Shown one piece after another: positions 1-57,266 of a stretch of 64,000 bases of DNA (the stretch's first letter is position 1; each line of letters opens with the position of its first letter). The translations under genes were made by a program, and so were the position numbers. This stretch comes from Octopus sinensis. Its lineage: Eukaryota. The notes beneath the pieces are model-generated. The model ran no database searches. It was given only the letters and a program-made list of their open reading frames with translations, and was not told the origin of the DNA. The DNA lies in contig NC_043017.1 in NCBI RefSeq assembly GCF_006345805.1, positions 8,742,001 to 8,806,000 on the forward strand. Reading direction: 5' to 3'.

Positions 1-521
1 GAAACAAGTAAAATATTTGGGCCAGATATGGCTGGCTTAAATGCTAATGGGTTAAAAGAAGATTAGTAGTTTTGGGGCCTTTCAGTCAGTCAGAAGTGTA
101 GACAAAAGAAAAAAAGCAATAACTCTGACCATTTCAATGGGAGTTGGGTAAACCCAGGAAGACGTAGGACAAAATGGTAAGAAAGGATCTTTGGACACTG
201 GTCTTCACTGAGGAAATGACAAGGGAACAGGAGACTCGCCAAGTTAAGTAAAATCGCTGTCATTCATACATTTGGGTTTGTGCTTTGCAGGTGCCAGTGC
301 TACATAAAATTCACTTGTGCTGGTGACATGTAAAGAGCAGCCAGCACACCCTGGAAAGTGGTTGGCATTAGGAAGGGTATCCAACTATAGAAACCATGCT
401 ACAACAGACAATTGGAGCATGGTCAGCTCCATGTCAATCTAACCCATGCCAGCATGGAAAATGGATGTTAAAAAATGATGATGTTGATAATTATTTTTCA
501 TAGAAAGACTGTTTTACTTAC

Positions 522-44581
<44,060 letters not shown>

Positions 44582-44796
44582 CTGCAATGACAGCAACAAC
44601 AGTCATAAGAAGAAATAACAAAAACTATAATGACAGATATAGGGGGCTAGTTGATTTCATTGACCCCACCAGTACTTGATTGGTACTTATTTCATAGGCC
44701 CTTAAAAGGATGGAAGACAAAGTCAACCTCTGCAGAATTTGAACTTAACTTATAAAATATAATAACAAATGTAATAACAACTATAGCAATAAATGT

Positions 44797-45160
44797 AACG
44801 AGCACTCAGATAGTGCAAACATCTGGCAAGGCAACAGCAACGTCCTCTAAACAATTAGCCAGAGATGATTTTTAAAATGAGAATATCTGAAATAAACTTG
44901 ACTGCTCTCACTAACAAGAATACTAAAAATGAACCTGACCGCTCTCAAAAATTAAGTAAAAAATCTGGAAAAATAATCTAGAATCTTTGGTACCGGATCG
45001 ATCCCAAAATCTAATCAGTTCATGCCAGTCATGAGGCCAAACATCTCTGAAAGTTTCACCCAAATCCATCCATCAGTTCTTGAGATATCTTGCCCATGGA
45101 CAAACAAACAAACAAACACAACGGAAAACAATACCTTCACCTTCGCTAAAGCAGCGGTAA
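44797..45160 (+). mobile_element. Helentron/DINE-like non-autonomous element
   Basis: Internal (CAAA)n microsatellite, degenerate 3' hairpin CCTTCACCTTCGCTAAAGCAGCGG, inserted in an AAC/TAA-rich tract. Confidence 0.45.
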
Positions 45161-47086
45161 CAAATGTAATAATAACTATAATAACAAATGTAATAATAAC
45201 TATAATAACAAATGTAATAATAACTAGCAATAACTATAGAGAGTCTTTCTACTAAAGGAACAAGGCCTCAAATTTTGGCGAGTACTTAACTGGTAATTAT
45301 TTCATTGACCCTGAAAGGATGAAATGAAAAGTCAACCTGACAGAATTTGAACTCAGAACAAAGATAGATGAAATGCTGCTAAGCATCTTGTCCTTGGATG
45401 ATAATGACGACAATGACAAGCATCTTGTCCTGTGAGCTAATGGTTCTAGCAGCTCACCGCCTTAATAGTAATGGTTTCGAATTTTGGCACCAGGTCAGCA
45501 ATTTCGGAGGAGGGGGTAAGTCGATTATATTGACAAACCCCACCACCTTCAATGATTAACTGAAAGAGGAGAAAGGCAATGTCCAGCTGACAGATGAAAT
45601 GTTGCTGAGCATTTTGTCCAGCGAGATAACGATTCTGCCAGCTCACTGCTTTATAAATAATAATCGTTTCTACTATAGGTACAAGGCCTGAAATCTGCGG
45701 AGATGGGTATGTCGGTCACATCGACCCCAGTACTTGACTGGTACTTAATTTATCAACCCTGAAAGAATGAAAGGTTAAGTCAACCTTGGCAGAATTTGAA
45801 CTCAGAACATAAAAAAGGGCGAAATACTGCTAAGCATTTCGCCCGGTGTGCTAACAATTCTGCCAGCTTGTTGCCTTTCACTGCTTTATCATAAGTCTAG
45901 TAACAACTATAACAACAACAACACTTATAATAGCAAGTATTAACACTTTTTGGTATTTATTCTTTAAAATTTTTTTTTTTGCCAAACTGCTAAGTTATGG
46001 GGGACATAAACAAACCAACACTGTGCTTGTCCTCTTCAATGCTATTCAATATCCAAAGACAAACACATACATACATACACATGCACACAAACATTAGTCA
46101 GATAGATAATGTACCCAAGATAGAGGTATATAATATACCTCAGTTATCATCGTCGTTTAACATCTTTAAATTTGATTTAGTATTACTAAATTGAATTTTT
46201 CCCTGTAAGTTTGGAATAATATTCCCTTATATATATCTGTGTGTGACTGTGTTTTTGTCACAAACACCAACCACTTGACAAAAAAAATTGGTAGAATAAG
46301 TAGAATAAGCACTGGAGTCAAGGCAATGCCCCAGCATGGCCACAGTCGAATGAATGAGAGAAGCAAAAGAAACAAGCCTAAAACATAGCTCATATTGTAG
46401 ACACGATATACATCAGTCACGTATTTATAAATTACCCTAGTTATGTGATATAACTTCATTGTTGTTATATGTCACACCTCATTGAACTTAAATGGCAGAT
46501 GAGAGAGAAGTGAAGGAAAAGATAAAGAAATAGAAAAATTAAAATTAGTTCCCACATTAGTTGCAGGTCATAAATTGAATAGAGTGATTATGTACTTGAG
46601 TTAACCCTTTCCATACAACAAACATCCTATTTTAAAGTGACCTAACTTAAAAAGTTGATTCATAATGACAATGCTATTTCCTTAAATTCTTCATTTCCAA
46701 ATTGATTGAATCAAAGGCAAGCAGTTGCCGACAGAGATAAGGTAACAAATGGGTTAAAGTGATCTAAATTGACTTCCATGTTCATTTAGGGTTCCAAACT
46801 CTAGATTCATAATCCTTATCTTTTCCTTTGTTTCAGTCATTTACACTGCGGCCATGCTGGGGCACCACCTTGAATTTTTAGTCAAATCAATTGGCCTCAG
46901 TACTTCTTAAGCCTAGTACTTTTTCTATTGGTCTCTTTTGCTAAACTGCTAAGTTATGGGGATGCAAACACACCAACATTGATTGTCAAATGGTGATTGA
47001 TGAGGGGAGACAGACACACACATACATAAATATATATATATATATATTATATATATATATATTATATATATATATGTTGTGTGTGC

Positions 47087-47123
<37 letters not shown>

Positions 47124-47591
47124 CATACATACACAAATTGACCCCAGGACTTATTCTTTGTAAGCCTTTAAGTTACTGATTTGTAAGTGATTTGAGGGAA
47201 ATTTGGTTTATATTTCTAGTATCATCAAGTAACCATGTAGAGGCCCCTTTCTGGCTGATGGAAATATTAATCACAATATGAGGTCAGAAAACAAAGTTGA
47301 ACCTAGGCAAGACTTGAACTCAGAACATAAAGGGACAGGATAAAATAATACAAAAAAATTTACCCAGAACTTTAATGTATCTTGTTCTTCAGCCCTAATA
47401 ATAATAATAATAATAATCCTTTCTACTGGAAGCACAAGGCCTCAAACTTGGGATGGAGGTGGGGGAATTGGTCGATTACATCGACTCCAGTACTCAACTG
47501 GTACATAATTTATTGACCCTGAAGGGATGAAAGGTAAATTCTACAATTTCATATTTGTGAGCTGAGAATTTGTATTATGTATATGTATACC

Positions 47592-47908
47592 ATTTATGTT
47601 AGTCAAATTTGTGTCCTCATCTTGATTGTTGCTTTCACTAAGTTTTGGTTGTTGCACATTCCACCCTTCTTCAGGTGCTTTGTGTTCAACTCAGTTGTTG
47701 CATTGGAATTTCGAACCTAACCCATTATCTGATCCACAGAGTGAACAGTGGACCTCCATGGATCAAATAAAGTGTTCAGTTTGGAATTCCAGTTCAACAA
47801 CCAAGCTCAAGACAAGACACCCGAAGAACAGTGGAGTGTACCCAACAGCCGAAACATAGTGAAAGCAACAATTAAGATGAGGGACACCAGTCTGACTGAC
47901 ATAAACAG
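47592..47908. mobile_element. Foldback element with Penelope-like ends; related copy at 15001-15266 and half-copy at 62960-63070
   Basis: Arms GTGTCCTCATCTTGATTGTTGCTTTCACTA / TAGTGAAAGCAACAATTAAGATGAGGGACAC; both arms carry CTGAAGA-N-stem-GAAAC-like motifs. Confidence 0.6.
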
Positions 47909-48298
47909 TATACATACTAACAATTCTGCCAGTTCACCACTCTACACCTTGATAATAATGATACTAATAATTATTTCTTTTAATTACCACAGGAGGGGGG
48001 GGGTAAGAGCACATTACAAGAACAAATGGCAAAACTAATGAAAGGAGGGGGTTAGCCTCGCCTGGCCCCCGTGCCGGTGGCACGTAAAAAGCATCATCCG
48101 ACCGTGGCCGTTTGCCAGCCTCATCTGGCACGTAAAAAGCACCCAGTACACTCACGGAGTGGTTGGCATTAGGAAGGGCATCCAGGCATAGAAACATTGC
48201 CAGATCAGACTGGGCCTGGTGCAGCCTTCTGGCTTCCTAGACCCCAGTTGAACCGTCCAACCCATGCTAGCATGGAAAGCGGACGCTAAATGATGATG

Positions 48299-48398
48299 NN
48301 NNNNNNNNNNNNNNNNNNNNNNNNNNNNNNNNNNNNNNNNNNNNNNNNNNNNNNNNNNNNNNNNNNNNNNNNNNNNNNNNNNNNNNNNNNNNNNNNNN
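48299..48398. other. Assembly gap (100 N, true size unknown)
   Basis: Run of exactly 100 N starting inside the (GAT)n tail of a SINE. Confidence 0.99.
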
Positions 48399-48503
48399 CA
48401 TAAGTTGACTCTTCTATGCATGTTCAGAAATACATCTTGGAGAGTCTGATGTGGTATGGACCGCGTGAAGGTTATGATTGTGTCTTTTAACTAACCCTAA
48501 CCC

Positions 48504-48542
<39 letters not shown>

Positions 48543-48762
48543 TCCTTGAGGAGGTGCTGAAAAGCTCCTGGCTTCAGGTAAAAGAAAATAGAGGAGAATC
48601 AATTAATATGATTTTACTCAACATATTCCCCTTTCAGATTCACACACTTATTGCAGTGGTCCTTCAGTTTTTCTAAGCCCTTAAAAGAACTTAGAAGGTT
48701 GGGCTTTCAGCCAGGTGTTTTATGATACCCTTAAAGCCAGAAACTTTTCGGCACTACCTCAC
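48543..48762 (-). mobile_element. Mariner-derived MITE, reverse orientation
   Basis: Reverse complement of the 6541-6757 family with both TIRs. Confidence 0.75.
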
Positions 48763-49789
48763 ACATACACATATTACAGTCTTTCCCCACCTCATAATTT
48801 CCCAATCATCAAATTCCATTCTGAAAACACTGACCAACCCAGTGTTACATAAGACACTTTCCCAAATCAACACGCAGTGGTATCAGATGCAAAGATGCAT
48901 GGTAAGGGATGCAAAATTCCTTACCCACAAAACCAGCACAACTTGCACCATTTAACATAAAAGTACATAAAAAGAAAAAAAACAAGGGTAATAAAACTAG
49001 AATTTACCCATAACCAATACCAGATATCACCTAAATTTGAACTCAGGACCTCACTGCTATTGCTGAGATTATGTAAGTAGTTTACTTCTAAGTTCACTTT
49101 TCCACGAGTGTGAGAATATTCTACGCGATTTTCTTCTGCTGATTTCCTTTTTTTAACTCACATAATATGCTATTCACTATATTTACTGTATTGTAAGAAT
49201 GTTGTAAACAATGACTTGTTTAAACCCCAGTTTAGCCATGATTGGCTAAAGTCCATGATCATAGTCATTCTAAACATGATCGTCTTGTCTTTTCATTCTA
49301 CCTTTTCCCCCAGGGAACCTAGTACAAAATTATTCAAGGTGGCCTTTTCTAAAACTGGGTTGTGATCTAACTCTTTGGCATTCAGATAATTCTGTCAAAT
49401 ATAATGCTTATATAATCACATTATTCTCAATTAATCATGTGCTGTCTCATGGCTTCAAGATTCCCACGATGTGGTAGTATATTTTGAAAATGACATTGTA
49501 GGATAGGTGTGAGAAGCTAGTCAGTTTGAATAAAAAACAGGTAGGATATTTGGGCCAGATAGGACTGGTTTAAATGCTATAAGGTTAAGGGGAATCTGGA
49601 TGTTATTTCTAGGAGGCCAATTAAACATATTGATGGTCATTAAGGTTGTTGGGGGGACGTAGAGAACGAGAGGAATCTTAACAATCACAACCCTATACCC
49701 TCCTAACTGATCTTAAGTTAAGTTAATTTTTTGGCTCAAAAAGCAAAAAGCAAGGCCATATAGGGGGACATGGAGTTATGTACAGGAAG

Positions 49790-49982
49790 GGTATTCATGC
49801 AAAGAGTTCAGGCCATTTCTGGTCAAGAGAGACTTTGAACCGAGCGGTCGTCGGCATCTTCACTATCTCGTCCGGCAGCTTATTCCACGGATCCACAACC
49901 TGGACGGAGAAAGCCTCTCTCCTTCGATTGAGATGAAATCGTCGCAGATAGAGCTTTTCGGCGTGACCCCACAGCCGAGCAA
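49790..49982 (-). mobile_element. CR1-clade LINE ORF2 C-terminal fragment, joined to a SINE-tail fragment
   Basis: WGHAEKLYLRRFHLNRRREAFSVQVVDPWNKLPDEIV...FKVSLD matches the CR1 RGH..KL....FS.RVV..WN.LP..V...FK..LD motif. Confidence 0.8.
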
Positions 49983-51639
49983 GGTTTCTACAGCTGGATG
50001 CCCTTCCTAATGCCAACCACTCCGAGAGTGTAGTGGGTGCTTTTTACATGCCACTAGCAGAGGATCCAGTCAAGCAGCACTAGCATCGACCATCGGCATT
50101 ACTTGGAAATGCATGCATATTGCATAAAGTATTATCTGTCTGAGGTTCTTGTTGTGACTTGACAGACAGAACAAACCCCCCCCCCCCCCCCGGTACACAC
50201 AATATCTTCAATCAACAACATAGTGATATTGGATACTGTGTGACAAAGTAAATAATAATAATAATCCTTTCTACTATAGGCACAAGGCCCGAAATTTGGT
50301 GGAGAGGAAAAGTCAATTACATCGACCCCAATGTTCAACTGGTACTTATTTCATTGACCCCTCCCCCCAAATAAAATGAAAGGGAAAGTCAACTTCGGCA
50401 GAATTTGAACTCAGAATGTAAAGACAGATGAAATATCAGGATGCTAACAACTCTGCCAGCTCATAATAACAACGATAATAAAATAATTCTTTCTACTGTT
50501 GGCACAAGGTCTGAAATTTGGGGAAGGGATAGGTTGATTATATCAACCCCAGTACTCAACAGGTACTAATTTTTTCGGTCCTGAAAGGGTGAAAGGGAAA
50601 GTTGACCTCGGCGGAATTTGAACTCATTTAGGCATAAGGTCGACAATTTTTGAGAAGAAGTAGGGGTTAGTCTATTACACTGACCCCAGTATTTCACTGG
50701 TACTTTATTAAGAATAATAGCTTCAAACACTGCTACAAATCAACAAGAGGTATTTAGTTGACTGAATAAACACCAGTATATTACAGGTATATATTTTATT
50801 GAAAACCCTACTATTCCAGGGGAAAATCATTGGCAAAATTCCATCCCAGCAGAAATACCAGATCTTAATAAGCAAGGAGGATTGAGATGCGTAGAATTTT
50901 TCTCATAATCCCTGCCCACTTTAAAGACCATTGGCAAATTTGCTTGACCTGCTAGAAATAGTAACTAAATCTCCTTCAAATCCCAACCCCTTATCTTAGA
51001 AAAGGGCACCTTTGATAATGTTATACAGGGTTCCCTGTATGTGGGGGTGGGGACAAAACCAAGATGGTTACAGTTGATATCTTTGATCAGGTTTTACTTA
51101 ACCAGAGTTTGCCTGGGGCTAAACAATAGTCACCACCACCAACACTTTCTACAAACATGTCACCCACAGCCACCACCACCACCACCACACAACATTATGA
51201 AAACAAACTTTTCCAAATATGCAAATTCCAGATATGCAAAATCAGACTACACAAGCCAGGGAAAAATAAGTAATTAATTATTACTATTTATTATAATTAT
51301 CTTATTATTATTACTTATTCTCTTTAGTAACAACAAATAAATTAAAAAGATTTCTCAAGAGAAAATGGTGTTAAAGGAAAGGTTTACAAAAGAACATTTC
51401 TAGGATGACAACATAGCCGGTGGTAGATACGAACAGAGTGGGGTAGGATAGAAAGGGAAGTTGAAGGGGTGTGGGCTGTGAATTGGCCACCCATCTTCCT
51501 ACTGGTGGTCTCTAAACATTCTGTATAGCATAAGAATGAAATAGTATATAGAAGGGATTCTAATCCAAGATGTGCCCTCATTAAGCATATCTTGCATATT
51601 CCGGCTATCAATTGCATGTCTGTAGATGTTTTATTTTAA

Positions 51640-51858
51640 CCCTTTAGTATTTAAACCGGCCATATCTGGCCAAAATATTTAATCTGTTTTATGTTCAAAC
51701 TGACCAGATCCAGGCCCTCACACCTACCCTACAATGTTATTCTACATTAAGTAATTACACCATCAAGATCTTGAAGATATGAGATAATGCATGATTAATT
51801 GAAATCAATGGGAATCAATAGGCATTATGTTTGATAGAATAATCTGAACACTAAAGGG
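51640..51858 (+). mobile_element. piggyBac-like (TTAA) MITE, about 220 bp; further copies at about 14278-14470, 49372-49588, 58415-59018 (SINE-interrupted), 62440-62660 and partial ones
   Basis: TTAA|CCCTTTAG...CTAAAGGG|TTAA terminal inverted repeats with TTAA on both sides. Confidence 0.8.
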
Positions 51859-53297
51859 TTAAAGGAGAAAATTATAGATAGAAGTGGAAATTCCCAATGA
51901 ATTATAATATTCACAGAATAAGCATGTATTAAAACATGGACTGGAATATGTGGTACCATTTCAACACATATAGGAATGAATGTAAATAAATGGCAAGTAC
52001 AGTTTACTCTTTAAGGAGTAAATGGCCAGGTTCCCCATTTTTTTTCTGATGTATATATTCCTCTCTGGGTAAGACACAAGTCAATTGCAAGATTATACTT
52101 CTTTTTACCAGCTGAGTGGACTGGAGCAATGTGAATGAAGAGTTTTGCTTAAGAACACAATGCATTACCCAGTCCAGGGATTGAAACCACAATATTACGA
52201 TCATGAGTTCAACACTTTAACCACTAAGCCACGTGCCTTAATGGATGTAAATAAGGGAGGGGGTTTGATAGACATTAACTTGACCGGCTTATTTAAGTAG
52301 TGTTGTAAGATACATGTGAACACGAAGCAGCATGGGATTGAGTGAATCTCTATGAAACCAATCAGTTGACTAGAAATAACAGTTATATCTCTTTCAAATC
52401 ACTAGATACTATTTTCAATTATGAAGGACATAACAAATAGCTGACATGAAACAAGTGGGACCAGATGACAAACAGTGATTAGCTGCTGTCTGGTTCCACT
52501 GGTTCCATATCAACTCTGAATGAGTTGACACATGATCAAAGCCATTCCATCCATGACCGAACATGGATAAGTGGATGTAAGCTTGCTTCCCATCCACATG
52601 GTTTCAGATTTGATCACACTGTCTGACATCTAGAGTAATTGTCTTCTACTATAACCCCAGGCCAACCAAAGCATTGTGGGAGGATTTGGCAGATGGAAAT
52701 TGGAAAGAGCTTATCATAAATATATACACACACAAGTAAGCACAAAAATGTGAAACAAGGAGGCAAAAATAGTACTCGAATACCAGAGGTAGAGTAATAT
52801 GCTTTATTATTAAAGCTGCAAAACCATCACAAAAGTATCACAAAAAACTGCTACTCAGAGTTTCATGTTTCCATTTGTTGGAGAGTTTTAACTGAGAATG
52901 GAAAAAAAAAATTTTAGTTCCATTCTCAATCAAAAACTGTCCGACAAACGAGAATGTGAAACTCGGAGTAGAAGTGTTTTGTGGAGTTTTTTGCAGCTTT
53001 AATAATAAAGTATGTGCGTTGAGACAGACAGATGGATAGATAGATAGATAGATACACACACGTGTGAGTGTGTATATACTCTCTTTTACTCTTTTACTTG
53101 TTTCAGTCATTTGACTGTGGCCATGCTGGAGCACCGCCTTTAGTCGAGCAAATTGACCCCAGGACTTATTTTTTGTAAGCCTAGTACTTATTCTATCGGT
53201 CTCTTTTGCCGAACCGCTAAGTGACGGGGATGTAACACACCAGCATCAGTTGTCAAGCAATGCTAGGGGGACAAACACAGACACACAAACACACACA

Positions 53298-53353
<56 letters not shown>

Positions 53354-54059
53354 GACAGGCTTCTTTCAGTTTCCGTCTACCAAATCCACTCACAAGGCAT
53401 TGGTCAGCCCGGGGCTATAGCAGAAGACACTTGCCCAAGATGCCACATGTATAAATATTATGTATGCATGTATGTATGTAATGTATGTGCTTTGCCTCCT
53501 TGTTCTGATACCACATGACAGTTGTAAACCAGCGTCACCATCACACAAGGGATGTAATTTATTTCCAATATTCTGCTAAAACATGTCCAGTCATAGGGAA
53601 ACAAGCATTAAGTTGCTTGGAAACAGTTGAGGGTTGGCGACAGGAAGGACTTCTCATCATAGAAAGTCTGCTTTATTGAATTCCACCTGACTCATGCCAG
53701 GATGGGAAAAGTGGACATTACATCATAATGATCACACACACACACTTGTAGATATAAAGGGCTTATTCACCGACATCCAGAGAAAACAATTGCTGACAAT
53801 TAAAAGAATTGTGTATCCAACAGCGGAACCATATCTATATTCTTTTATTCTTTTACTTGTTTCAGTCATTTGACTGCAGCCATGCTGGAGCACCGCCCTT
53901 AGTCGAACAAATCAACCACAGGGCTTATTCTTTGTAAGCCTAGTACTTATTCTATTGGACTCTTTTGCCGAACTGCTAAGTTACAGGGACTTAAACACAC
54001 CAGCAATGGTGGTGGTGGTGGGGACAAACACAGACACACAAACATATGTGTATATATAT

Positions 54060-54104
<45 letters not shown>

Positions 54105-54483
54105 TGGCACTACCTCATCAATGATAGCATTAGACATGTAAGGAATCAGTGACTAGCCTGTTGTTGGAAACCTCTAACTATTGACAGCCATGGTTTAAAA
54201 CAGTCTGCCATATTACATACACATCAATATACACGTGTGTGTATATATATAACTTATGCAAGGCATGTACTTAGAATGGCTGCCCACACACAATGGTCTC
54301 CATCCACTCAGTTACACACACACACAAAACAGATGAAGTTGATGAAGAATCAAGGTGTGAGATGAAGAGGAAATAGCAATGGTATGAAGGGGGGAAGGAA
54401 GAGCAGACATTGACAGGGAGAAAGAGAATGCAACGACAGGATGCAACAGTGAACCACTTGAAATGTTAGTAGAACACAATAAG

Positions 54484-54522
<39 letters not shown>

Positions 54523-54658
54523 ATCTATATACATATATATATATGTATGTATATCTATATACATATATATATATGTATGTATGTGTGTGTGTGTATATAT
54601 ATGTTTGTGTATTATATATATATTAATTTTTTTATATGTATATATAGATATGCATGTG

Positions 54659-54694
<36 letters not shown>

Positions 54695-54710
54695 ACACAT
54701 AAATATATAT

Positions 54711-54743
<33 letters not shown>

Positions 54744-54794
54744 GGAAGAGAGCGATATAGAGAGTATGTGGGTCACTGTTTATGAAATATTTAA

Positions 54795-54827
<33 letters not shown>

Positions 54828-57220
54828 TGTGTAGAAACCCAATCTTTCAGCTTTTATAATGAATCTCAAAGCACCGTTGACAGACATAAATACTACCACA
54901 CCAACACTCACTTACACACACACTAATTAATAATCTTCCCAAAATCATTTCTTGGAAACTGATCTCAGACACTGATTGTCTTGCAATCCCTTATTATTAT
55001 ACCCTTATTGCGCCCTTTTACTTAAAATGTACAACTCCTCTCTTTCTGTATTCCACTATTGTACTGTCCCTCACACCTCGACCTCAAGTGGCCAAGTGGA
55101 AGCAAGGATAGAGGGAGGGATCCCATCCTTTATTTTGGAGTGAATTTATTGAAAGGTGGGTGAGAACAACAAAATGGACAGCACCCCTCAAAGAATATAT
55201 CGATAGGTCAGACAATGACATTTGGAGAGGATGTAAGCCCGTGGTGTCCGGAGTGATGTTGGATTGGAGGGGTTCCTCGACAGACCATAGATGGAGGTCC
55301 TACTGTACCAAGATTTTGCTGGGTCCACTTTGCCTTTTATCTCTTGTGGGCTCCATAAGATAAGTACCAATAAAATTCAAGTACTGGGGTAAACATAATC
55401 AACTTATATCCCACCATCCAGAAATTTAAGTTTTGAATCTAAATTGGAAATAATAATCCTTTCTACTAAAAGCACAAGGCCTTCATTGGTACTTAATTTC
55501 AATGAACCCAAAAAGGATCAAAAGCGAGATCTCAACATGATTTGAACTCAGAATGAAAAGAAGGAAAAGAAACATTGCAAAGTACTTTGATGATTTTGTC
55601 AAACCCGTAGTAGTAGTAGTAGTAGTAGCATCATTGGTACTACTAAATTACCCAAAACAGGACATTATATTGGAAAGAGTAAAACTGTGTGAGGAGAGTC
55701 GTTAGTTGTGATGTAATTAGTTAATTTAAATGAGATGGGGAAAAAAAAATAAGCGTTGAGGAAGAAAAGTAGAAGAGCTGGGGTTGGATAGTAAAAAGGA
55801 GGAGAGAAGGGAAAGGAGAAAAGTGGGGGGAAAAAACAGAATAAAGGGGATGAGGGAGGAAAACAAAGAAAGAGAAAGGAGAGAGGGAGTGGGGTGAGAG
55901 AAATAGAAAGGACAACTTAAACAAGAGGGGGGTGAAGAAAAAGTAAAAATAAAGGGTAAAGAAAAGTAGAAATGAAGGGAGCTGAGAAACAGGGCAGTAA
56001 CCTGAATAGGGAGATGGAGGGGATCATATGGCAATCACAGTTTTCTTTGTCTCACACAACACCTCTGTTGTAGTTTAAGGTTTTGTGTAATTAATTTTAC
56101 AGGTTCAAGTATTAATTATATCAAAACCTCATTTACTGTTCATTCGTTGGTTCATTCTGCTTAATTAGAAAGAAACTCAGAAACCTGGCAGCCCCTACCA
56201 CTGTGCTCTCCACACCCTCTCTACACCTCGTACACCAATTATATACTTAATGACAACAACAGTAGCAGTGCCAACAACAACAACTGATTTTCATTGTCCT
56301 TAAGGTACACAAGCCCTCTCTCAGTCTCCCTATCCCCTTATAAATAACATTGTGTATTGGCAGGCAATGCCCTAACAATCTCCTACCCCCACAATTACAC
56401 ACAGTGTACTGTCATGCTAAGGCCTAGTGTATTTAGTGCTGTTCTTTATCCCCTTCAAAAAAGAAGTAAATAAAATGCCTGGCTTTGTGCCTATGTTAAA
56501 AATCAGAGGAATTTGGTCACGCAACTGTTGTCACGTGTAAGACAGGATGATCAATACAAGGAAAATTTTTTAAATTAAAAAAAAAACAAAAACAGTGCAG
56601 CACCCATGACTTTCTGACTTTCAGACATGGGTTTTTTCTTTCTTAGAATTGACAAAGTATGAAATAAACTAACTGCGTCAACTATTAACTGTCAGGACAT
56701 TTGCAGCCTTCCAAAATTCTGGAAATTAGCCAACCTAACTGCTTCCATGACTATAAACCTTTTCCTCTTTGTGGTGCTTTTTTATGTTCATTCTGTTGTC
56801 CTTCTGGGTTGCATTGTGTACTTCACTTGTAACTTTTGCCTGCCATTGTTATCAATGCTTGACTGGTACTTATTTTATCGACCCCAAGATGATGAAAGGC
56901 AAAATCAATCTCGGCAGAATTTGAACTAAGAAGATAAAGATGGATGAAATATTGCTAAGCATTTTGCCCATTGTGCTAACGATTCTGCCAGCTTACTGCC
57001 ATAATAGTAATAATAACAATAATAATAATTTTTTTTTTTCTTTGCACAAGGGGCTGAACACAGGGGGGAAAAACAAGGACAGACAAATGGATTAAGTCGA
57101 TTATATTGACTCCAGTGCGTAACTGGTACTTAATTTATTGACCTCGAAAGGATGAAAGGCAAAGTCGACCTCGGCAGAATTTGAACTCAGAACGTAACAG
57201 CAAACGAAGTAATAATAATG

Positions 57221-57266
<46 letters not shown>

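Noticed and set aside
49461-49468. Perfect CSL site CGTGGGAA
   Set aside because: A single 8-mer inside a diverged MITE copy; about one such hit is expected by chance in a window this size.
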